A model generated the notes under the pieces. It was not told the DNA's origin. It saw only the letters and a program-made list of their open reading frames with translations, and searched no databases. Positions 54,260-64,000 of a stretch of DNA of 64,000 nucleotides are shown here, in pieces; the stretch's first letter is position 1, and the number at the start of each line of letters is the position of its first letter. The position numbers were made by a program, and so were the translations under genes. Origin of the DNA: Octopus sinensis (Eukaryota); the NCBI RefSeq assembly GCF_006345805.1, contig NC_043011.1:51472464-51536463 (forward strand), in the 5' to 3' direction.

Positions 54260-54770
54260 AATTTGAATTAGTGCTTAAGCACTGGAAACAGATATCTATG
54301 GAATTGAAGAGATCAATTCTTTAACATGTTGTTAAGCTCCATTATATTATTACTTCAATGCAATAGCTATAACAAGAATGAATTTGTATACAAGTGGCAA
54401 AAACAAATATTCAGAGCAGAATATTAGGAAGAACAGAAAACAAAGATTTCGGAGATATTTCAAAATTCCATTTGTTTTGCTCTACAATTGTTTCCATGGT
54501 TTAAGTGCAAGCATCAGCAACCATATAATCATTATATAATTAATACATAATCAATAAATTTAGTTGGATATGATGAGCAAGTCATTTCATCAGGAGCAAT
54601 TTTTGAAATATAAATGGAAACAAGTGTAGAGCAAAGCAAATAGAATTTTGAAAAGATCCCTGAGCTAGTCTATATTTTTGAGATGAGGAATTATGTACAT
54701 TATTTACAATGGACAGAAAGGTGTCTTCACCTTGTTTGTTGTTACCACTGAGTAAAACCACCCATGGAAG

Positions 54771-55116
54771 AGAATATGACCAAAAACTGCATATGCTCCA
54801 TCTCATGCAGTTGCAGTAGGTCATACAAAGACAAAACATGCCACCCCATTAAAAAAGGGTAGAGGAACATCGTTAAGTTGTGACATGAGGGGATATTGAA
54901 AATTTGGGTATAGCTGATCATGTACAGAAAAACAGAGACCAGCTTCCCCTGTGGAATGAAGTTGAAATAATAGATGGAGAATACCACTGGAAAATACGAA
55001 AATTAAAAGAGGCAGCACATATGCTAGGATACGATAACCTCCTAAGCAGACTTAGTGCAGATATGAATGTAATATGGGAACAGATATTAAGAAAAGATAA
55101 GATATTAGATTTATAA
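54771..55116 (+). pseudogene. Penelope-like GIY-YIG endonuclease fragment
   Basis: Across frameshifts: KNC..SISCSCSRSYKDKTCHP..RVEEHR..IADHV..LPLWNEVEIID.EYHWKIRKLKEAAHM. Confidence 0.8.
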
Positions 55117-56397
55117 GCCCAAAATTTCACTCTATATTTGCCTACAGGCATATAGCATTAGTGGATAAGAACGTGGGCTACAAACCCTCATATTCTGAAT
55201 CCAATCCCAGACAGGGACTTGCAAAATAATGTCAAGAAAAAATAACATCAGCAAAAAAAAAAAAAAAAAGAATACCTTAGGAATAAGAACAGAGTACCCC
55301 ATTAGTCAAATAATGGGTTGGGTTTAAAATTCCACCAGAACACTGGATGAAATCTGAAGAGTACATCAGCCCAACAAACAAGGTGAGGATACCTATCTGT
55401 CCATTGTAAATAATGTATTACTGAGCTATTTTGTTTTCTATTTTCATATATATATATAGCATTAACTGATATGTGTGTGTTCAAATTATGTAGTAGCTCA
55501 AAATTAAAATTTTTATGTAGATGATTTGCTTAATGCATATTGAAAAGTCAGATGCTACAATGATCATCTTAGGAAAGGTCCTTTTATAGATGTATTGTGT
55601 AAAAAAATATATATATATATCTTTAAGTATATTGTACTTTTAGCACACTACATTTATAAAGGAATCTTTCCTGAGAGAACCAGTGCAACTTATCAATGAT
55701 ATACTTGCATTAAAATCAAAGTGTAATGTGTATATATACATAAATACATGTACATATACATATATAAACATATGTATGTATGTGTGTGTGTGTATGTATT
55801 ATTATTAATAAAATTCAATATTATATTCTCATAACAGCAAATTCACCAATCCTTTTCATACAACTTAATAAAACCACAACAATCATCAGAAGAGGGATAA
55901 TGTGGCGTGGGCTCTTTGCTAACGGCTGTCTGATTATTGGTTACATAAAACTCTGACTTAAAGTTTGGGAAGTCTTGTTAGCTTCAATAAAATACTATAT
56001 ATACATACATACATACATACATACATACATACATACATACATTATATATATATATATATATATACACACATAGATACACACACACACGTACATACATACA
56101 GACAAAGCAGGCATTAAGGAAAGGCATCAAAAGTACCTTATTTTATGTATGTTTAAATACAAACCCACAAACACACACTTTCTGGTAGTAGTATACACCT
56201 ATCCAGTCTAAGTGGTGGAAAAACTGTTATTTAAAGTAATTTAAAACACCAGTTAAATAGTAATTAAACAGTAGTTTATGGTAAAGCCTCATACAGACAT
56301 TTGAGCATCAGCGTTTACCAGACAATTTATGTGTGTTTGTGAATTAAATTTCCTCTTTGAGTGGTACAAAAAAGAAAAATAGTCCAACAAAATAAAT

Positions 56398-58537
56398 CAG
56401 ATATGTCAAATTCCTGGCCCGTGGGCCACTTCCAGCCCTTGCAGCAATTTCATTTGGACTGCAGGACCATTTTGATATCAGCATGAAATTGGTCCAAATG
56501 GCGACATCAGCAAAGAGAGTGCTTTTCTGCCCTCAGCAACACTCATACCTTCTTGTTATAACTACATATACAGAGTGTGTGTGGCTTAAGCAGGCCATTA
56601 CATTATATATAGCACTGACTGCACTACCTTTCTTACTAAGGGTGTCACCAAAAGTAGCAATAATTTAATACACGACTAGAAACAACACTATTGTAATTAT
56701 TACACCCTGTCTGTACAAAAAAACACATTAAAGAGGCATGATAACACAACCACAAGTCTTAATTGCAACTGCAACAAAGCATGCTGAGAAATGCTTCCTT
56801 TGAGTCTCTAATCGCGTGTTGTGAAGCGCTGATGATGCAAAATCTACTAATCCCATGATGCATTGCAACAGCTGCCTTACCGCTCTTTCGGGTGATCATT
56901 TTCACATGATGTCATTCAGTAGTAGTTGCTATTTATATCAATGGCCAAGAGAAAAGTCAATGCTGGAAACCGAGCCTTTGAAATCCAGTGGGAAACTGAG
57001 TACATGTTTATTGACATTGATAGCAAACCCATGTGTCTTAATTGTGGTGCTAATGTTGCTGTAATTAAAGAGTATAATCTCAAATGCCACCACAAGACAA
57101 AACATCAGGACCAGTATAAATACCTCACTGCTGAGCAGAAGCAACGGAAAGTAGACAAGTTGAAGAGGTGTCTCACATTACAACAGACCTTTTTAACCAA
57201 AGCAAAATCACAAAGAGAAGCTGCTATTAAAGCAAGTTTTATTGTGGCAGAGGAGATTGCAAAATCAGCCCAGCCATTTTTACTGAAGGAGAGTTTGTGA
57301 AGAGTTGCGTGATGAAAATGTGTGACATTTTGTGTTCAGACAAAAAGCAACTGTTTGCTAATATGAGATGGCCACTGATTTGAAAACACAGTTGATTGAA
57401 AAAGGAAACGATTTTGTTGCATACTCTCTTGCTGTGGATAAGACTACTGATATGACTGATACGGCAGTTCATGGATAGTAAAGGAAAAGAATTCAAAGTT
57501 CTGCAGGATGAAAAGTGGAAATGCGAGTTGGCGTTTCTGGTTGACTTAGCTGCGCATCTCAATGTTTTAAACATCCAGCTCCAGGGACCAGGATCACATG
57601 ATCTGTGATATGTATGATGCAGTGAAGGCATTTCAAGTGAAGCTGCGTTTATGATAGAAACAAATGCACCAACTGAACTTGTCTCACTTTCCCTGTTGCC
57701 AAGTAATGTTGAGCCAAGTCAGTGACATGGTGTTCCCAAAGCAACACTTTGCTGATAAAATGAGTGCACAAAACTGAATTTACATGGCGCTTTAGTGACT
57801 TTGAAGCACAGAAAAATAACTTTGAGCTGTTTTGCAACCCATTTGCTGTCAATGTAGAAACTGCACCTGTACAGATTCAAATAGAGTTGATAGAACTGCA
57901 GTGTAGTGGGATATTAAAAGCAAAGTACGACTCTGTGGGGCCTGCACAGTTCACTCACTTCATACCTGAAGCAATGCCCCAGTTTTGTTTACATGCAGCT
58001 TGAACGCTGTCTTTGTTTCGAAGCACATATCTGTGTGAGCAACTGTTCTCTGAGATGAAGAATAAAACATCACATAGGAGTCATCTCACAGATGAACACC
58101 TGCAATCCATCCTGATAGTCTCAACAACACAGAACCTTACCCCAAACATCAATGAACTCACTGCCAAGAAAAAATGCCAAGTATGTAGCTTGGACAAAAT
58201 TGCATAAAGAAAATTGATAGTTTTGATTTATTATTTTAATTTTTCACAAAAAGCACATTTTTTATTTATATTTTCTTTTTTTTTTTTGTTTGCAACATGT
58301 TCTTATTTTAAACTTTTATAATTTTGACAGGAGATATTTTTATGCAGAGCAAAATATTCTATGTAATTTAAGTTAAAGTTAATTTATTTTTGGAATAATA
58401 TTATATACCATCTGTTTCAATACATGTTCATGTTCAAAAAGTTTTAGTCTGTTCAATAAATGTTTATCCTGCTCGGCTCACAACCTAAAGTGTACTCTGA
58501 GTTTTGACCCCCTGTGCGATTGAGTTTGACACCCCTG
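56398..58537 (+). mobile_element. hAT DNA transposon (SPIN/Charlie group), internally deleted and degraded transposase
   Basis: TIRs CAGATATGTCAAATTC / GAGTTTGACACCCCTG; 8-bp TSD AAATAAAT/GAATAAAT. ATG at 56941 with a BED-like CxxC..H..H, YSLAVDKTTD, and hAT dimerisation motif STYLCEQLFS..SHLTDEHL. Confidence 0.92.
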
Positions 58538-59904
58538 GAATAAATAGACATAATTTTATGGGGACTGACAGGAATTAGATAAGGTGTATTTAGTGCTTCA
58601 TTAATCTAAAACATGCCTCATATAAAACTAACTAAATGAAATAATCTGTCACAAGGAAGTGGAAATTCTCTTGGTTCCCATTGATACAGCAAATGTCAAA
58701 TGGCTTGGTTCTTGTGACACTGATAATCTGACAAAAGAATATGCAGGTTGTGATAGCTGCTGAAGCAGTAGATGGTTTGTCTATGCCAGGCAAAAATGGT
58801 TCCAGGCTTCATAATTGTTTCCATAATATTCAGTTTACAAAGGAGATCTGCAGGAGCCATTACTGTTTCATTGAGGCAAGAGACACAAGAAAGTGAGAGA
58901 ATTACATCGTTCTAATGAGATAAGAGCAGTTGATGAAAACTACTGAAGCAGGGCTCTGTATAGCAAGAGCCATTGGTGATCTCTTGACAGATTCTGTAAA
59001 ACAAAAGCATTGTTTTCTTGAGATGAAAGCTATTAATGAAAGCTGATAAAGCAGATCTTTCAAGCTGTAACACTATGTGATGAGGATCTTTAGAGCAGAG
59101 TGCATTGTTTTATTACAGAATGTGCTTAGAAAGAGTGTGCATTATTTGGGTTACTTCAGTTCTTGTATAATGTCTACTTTTGTTGTCATACAGTATAATA
59201 GTAAAGAATGGTCAGTCCAGAATGTGGATGATTGGTATCCACGTTGCAAGGCCACTCACTATTGGTAAAACAATATATACCTGCAATGGGCGGCGAGCTG
59301 GCAGAAACGTTAGCACGTTGGGTGAAATGCGTAGCCGTATTTCGTCTGCCGTTACGTTCTGAGTTCAAATTCCGCCGAGGTCGACTTTCCCTTTCATCCT
59401 TTCAGGGTCGATAAATTAAGTACCAGTTACACACTGGGGTCGATATAATCAACTTATTCTGTTTGTCTGTCCTTGTTTGTCCCCTCTGTGTTTAGCCCCT
59501 TGTGGGTAGAAAAGAAACAAATATATACCCGCAAGAAGTCAGCTGTTTTTGTGCCATACCTTTTCCAAAAGGTTTATAGATTGTGAAATTTGCCGCCACC
59601 ACTCTAGGGAGTTGGGTAATGTAGGGCTACTATTGATTATGCAGTCAATGAATAGATGTGATGTTGACTGAATCTTAAATAAGCTGCAAATAAATCTGTA
59701 GGTGCAAGTTTGTATTGTTGGCACTGTCAAAACTATAATTTCCCCTAGGTACAAGTGTAGGTGTGTTGTTAAGAAGCTTGCTACCCGATTGTGTAATTTT
59801 AGATTAATTCCAATGCACCTTGGGCAAGTTCCTTCTGCTATTGCTCTAGGCTGACCAAAGCCTTGTGAGTGGGTTTGGAAGACAGAAATTGAAAGGAGCT
59901 CATC

Positions 59905-59935
<31 letters not shown>

Positions 59936-61492
59936 AGTGAGAGAGAGAGAGAGAGAGAGAGAGTGAGTGTGTGTGTGTGTATATGTATGAATGTATGTAT
60001 GTATGTATGTATGCCACAGAACCTCACAAAGCTAGACACCAATATTTAAGCATTATCTAAGCCTAATTAAATCACCTATAAAAAAAACTAAACAATACCA
60101 ATGTAAGTGATCTTCACAAAATGGCTGTGTGGTAAGTAGCTTGCTTACCAACCACATGGTTCCGGGTTCAGTCCCACTGTGTGGCACCTTGGGCAAGTGT
60201 CTTCTACTATAGATTCGGGCCGACCAAAGCCTTGTAAGTGGATTTGGTAGACGGAAACTGAAAGAAGCCCGTCGTATATATGTATATACATAAATGTATG
60301 TGTGTGTGTGTATATGTTTGTGTGTTTACGTCCCCGTAACTTAGCGGTTCGGCAAAGGAGACCGATTGAATAAGTACTAGGCCTACAAAGAATAAGTCCT
60401 GGGGTTGATTTGCTCGACTAAAGACAGTGCTCCAGCATGGCCACAGTCAAATGACTGAAACAAGTAAAAGAGTATACTTTCCACTTTACAAGAATGAAGG
60501 ACAACTCAGAATAATGAGACAAAGATATAAGAAATTCACAACCAAGCATAACAAATGCATAGTATGTACATGTTTCTATATGTGTATTTATGTATACCTT
60601 GTCTTGACATCATGTGATGGTTGTAAACAAGCATCACCATGATACAAGTGAGGTTGTTTGTTCCCAATCTGCCTTGAAAACCATGCTTGGCCATGGGGAA
60701 AAGAATAATTTGCTTGGAAACAGGTGAGAGTTGGTGACAGGAAGGGCATCCAACCATAGAAAATCTGACTCAACGAATTTCATCTGACCCATGCAAGCAT
60801 GAAAAAATGGATGATGATGATGATGATGATGGTGGTGGTGATGATGATGATGATGATGATAATTATGACACTGTTGATGATGTTCCACACACGCACAAAT
60901 TTGGGTCTCTATATGTTTAGTGGGAATATGACCTCCACACCTGCAAAGCTCCTCTCTGTGACACCTGCCTGGACAATGTTCTTTTATAGGAACACTAAAA
61001 GCCAAAACAGATACCACAAAGCATTTGTCTAATGCTCCAGCAATTCTATCAGTTCACCACTTTGGATTGGTGCTCTAAAAGAATGAGACACATCTGAACT
61101 ATCAATGCAGAGAGCTGGAACAAATACCATGAGATATTCTTATCGATGCTCCCACAACTTTACGAACTGGTTACCTTATATACACATAAATATATATTTA
61201 TATTTATGCATAAATATATACTTATATATGAAAAATGATAGAAACATAGATACATATATAAGGGATATCGATATCTATCTATAAATATATATAATTATAC
61301 ACATGGATACAAAAGTATAACATATACTCATACACACACACACCAATCCACTGATAAAAAATTTTGGAAGAAACAATATTAAACATTTTAGATTTGTAAA
61401 CACTAATATGAAATAATCAAAAGAGGAAGACCAAACCCAGTGATGGGAAACAGACCATGATCTCTTGTTTATCAATCAAACTACTACTACTT

Positions 61493-61524
<32 letters not shown>

Positions 61525-61664
61525 ACTACTACTACTACTGCTACTGCTGCTGCTGCTGTTTCTACTACCACTATTCTGGTACTATACCAAATATGATTGA
61601 TGTCTGTGGGTTTATTCTTCTCATATGACTTCAAATTGATGTTTAGTAATATCTATCTATCTAT

Positions 61665-61713
<49 letters not shown>

Positions 61714-61949
61714 AGAGAGGCAGACAAACTAACATATGAAAGAGATATATTACACACAGTTTACTGTTAAGTACAAATTTATAATGCTAGACTACATACA
61801 TATGTTTACATGCATACACAAATTCATAAGTACACACACACACACACACGCACGCAACTATTCCCAAACCTGGACTTATAACATGTAACTAACCTGACTA
61901 TACTGAATACCATGAAGTTATTCAAACTACACTCCATATCATGTAGCTG

Positions 61950-62640
61950 CTCTGAGCACCATAGACACCATGTAGCTAATCTAACTACACTATACACCAT
62001 ATAACTAACAAAACTATCCTATGCACCAGTGGCTCCCAACCTGTGGTCTGCAGAGGATCTGCAGATCCCTGGTGGTCTGCAAAGGTAATACTAGGAGTCT
62101 GTGAAGATGTTAAGCTGACAAGCCTTTCAATATCCTGGGGTCTGTGGGAAAACTCATTTAAATAAAAGGGGTCCTTCATAGTGAAATGGTTGGGAACCAC
62201 TGCTATACACCATGTAGCTAACCTATCAACATTATAGACCATGTAGCTAACCTAACCACACCATGTATCATGTGGCTAACATATCTACACTTTAGACCAT
62301 GTAGCTACCCTAACCACAATATATACCATGTTGCTAATCTAAGTACACTATATACCACGTAGTTAACTTAAGTATAATATACACCATGTAGCTACCCTAA
62401 ACCATGCGACAAACCATGAGAGCAAGTAGCAAACCTAACCACATTATGCTATACATCATGTAGCTAGCCCCAATTACAATATATACCATGTAGCTAACTT
62501 AAACACAGTATGCACAAGGTACTTAACCTAACAAGATTATATACCATGTAGCTACACCTAATCACAATAAATATCATGTGGCTAACCTAACCACACTTTA
62601 TACCATGTAGCTAATTCAATTACAATATCTATTCATGTAG
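61950..62640. repeat. About 30-bp minisatellite (TACCATGTAGCTAACCTAACCACACTATA)
   Basis: About 15 degenerate units, interrupted by a hAT MITE. Confidence 0.85.
62027..62202. mobile_element. hAT MITE
   Basis: TIRs CAGTGGCTCCCAACC / GGTTGGGAACCACTG; 8-bp TSD CTATGCAC/CTATACAC. Confidence 0.9.
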
Positions 62641-63318
62641 CTGTCCTGGAAACATGCAGTGATGTTGCCTCAACAACATAATTAAAATGAGGGCAGAGAT
62701 ATATTTCTAATAATATTGAGCAGAAGATATTTGACTCTACATTAACTTAGTTAAGGGGCTTTGATGATAATGGAAAATGAAAGGGAGTGGAGAAATGCAT
62801 GTGCATAGAGGCATGCATTTCTATATGTGTGTGCATATGTAGGTATATATTTGTATATGAATGTGTGCATGTAAGCATGCATGTATGTATGAAAGCTTGT
62901 CCATACAGGTTGCTTTTGCATACATGCACATAAATGCATATGGCTGCATGTGTGCCTATTTAACTAGATTATGAATTTGTGTGTGTCTGCATGCGTATAT
63001 GTACATATATACACTGTTGATGTTACATAGGTGGCTATAAACCTTTATCTCTCACAGGATTTTTTAACCCGGTATTACATGCTACTAATCCTAAGATTAA
63101 TCTGGGGGTTGAGGGTTCAAGTTCCTCTACAGGCATACATTATCTTTTATTGGTGTAGGCATGGTTGTGTGCCAAAAAGTTTGCTTCCCAACCACATGGT
63201 TGCAGGTTCAATCGCACTGCACGGTACATTGGGAAAGTGTCTTCTACTATAGCCTCAGGCCATCTAAAGCCTTGTGAGTGGATTTGGTAGACAGAAACTG
63301 AAAGAAGCCCATCATATA

Positions 63319-63445
<127 letters not shown>

Positions 63446-63453
63446 GTGTGTGT

Positions 63454-63753
63454 GGAGGCGCAATGGCCCAGTGGTTAGGGCAGTGGACTCGCGGTCGTAG
63501 GATCACAGTTTCGATTCCCAGACCAAGCACTGTGAGTGTTTATTGAGTGAAAACACCTAAAGCTCCATGAGGCTCCGGCAGGGGGTGGTGGCGATCTCTG
63601 TTGTACTCTTTTGCCACAACTTTCTCTCACTCTTTCTTCTGTTGGCCTGCTCGCTTAGCCAGCAGGGTGGCGTCATTTGAAGGCTAAAACAATGCGAAGC
63701 ACATTGTGACCAGCGATGTGTAGCAACATGTGATAGCCTGGCCGATCATGGTG

Positions 63754-63754
<1 letters not shown>
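63454..63754 (+). mobile_element. tRNA-derived SINE (third family)
   Basis: A box TGGCCCAGTGG, B box GTTTCGATTCC, GC-rich body, ends in (TA)n. Confidence 0.75.
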
Positions 63755-63790
<36 letters not shown>

Positions 63791-63892
63791 TATATGTATA
63801 TAGGGAGAATTCACAAAAAAAACATAAGACGAAGACAGGTGGTGTAGACAACAAACAGATGTATTAGTATAATGCTCGGGAAGTAAAAGAGT

Positions 63893-63928
63893 CTTTAATG
63901 TTTCGAGCCAATGCTCTTCCACAGAAAG
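63893..63928 (-). ncRNA. Candidate minimal hammerhead motif, A6U core (family D)
   Basis: Minus strand CTTT-CTGTGGA-A-GAGC(ATTG)GCTC-GAAA-CATT/AAAG: 4-bp stems I and II. CATT is probably a CpG-decayed CGTT. Confidence 0.5.
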
Positions 63929-64000
63929 GAATACAGAAAGAAACAAAGAGAAAAAATAAGGAATGTGTAGTGGCTAGCAATCTATCATGGTGATATATAT

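Noticed and set aside
58660-59270. Possible decayed transposon coding sequence
   Set aside because: Unique-looking, but no motif could be assigned in any frame.
61950-62640. Interstitial telomere
   Set aside because: No (TTAGGG)n run; only two TTAGG-like motifs per 30-bp unit.
63454-63530. tRNA gene
   Set aside because: A and B boxes are present, but there is no complete cloverleaf and it continues into a SINE body. The same applies to the other SINE heads.

Overview
Repeat-dense eukaryotic DNA, almost certainly from an octopus (coleoid cephalopod). The evidence is the (TA)n/(CA)n/(GA)n/(TAA)n microsatellite load plus SINE families I recall as OR2-like CORE, Meta-like and Ceph/RTE-like. There are no prokaryotic features, and nearly all ORFs in the track are microsatellite artefacts. 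The only host-gene signal is an unidentified minus-strand gene: a first coding exon at 30338-30240 (GCCATGG Kozak, GTAAGT donor) and a probable downstream exon at 861-767. Decayed transposons include an RTE LINE (34-36 kb), an R4/Dong-type RLE LINE in (TAA)n (45-46 kb), two Penelope GIY-YIG tails, a CR1-like tail, a TIR/TSD-bounded SPIN/Charlie-type hAT (56.4-58.5 kb), and piggyBac, mariner and hAT MITEs. The most striking unexplained signal is a set of small, mostly palindromic elements, many inserted in (TA)n, that carry minimal type-I hammerhead ribozyme motifs. There are at least five unrelated families and about ten sites, with canonical cores and family-fixed variant cores (U4C, A6U, compensatory U3-A8), resembling Penelope terminal repeats or retrozymes. 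Several TA-flanked segments (8.7-10.5 kb, 25-29 kb) look like unpolished long-read sequence or false duplications. All structures were parsed by eye and family names are from recall.
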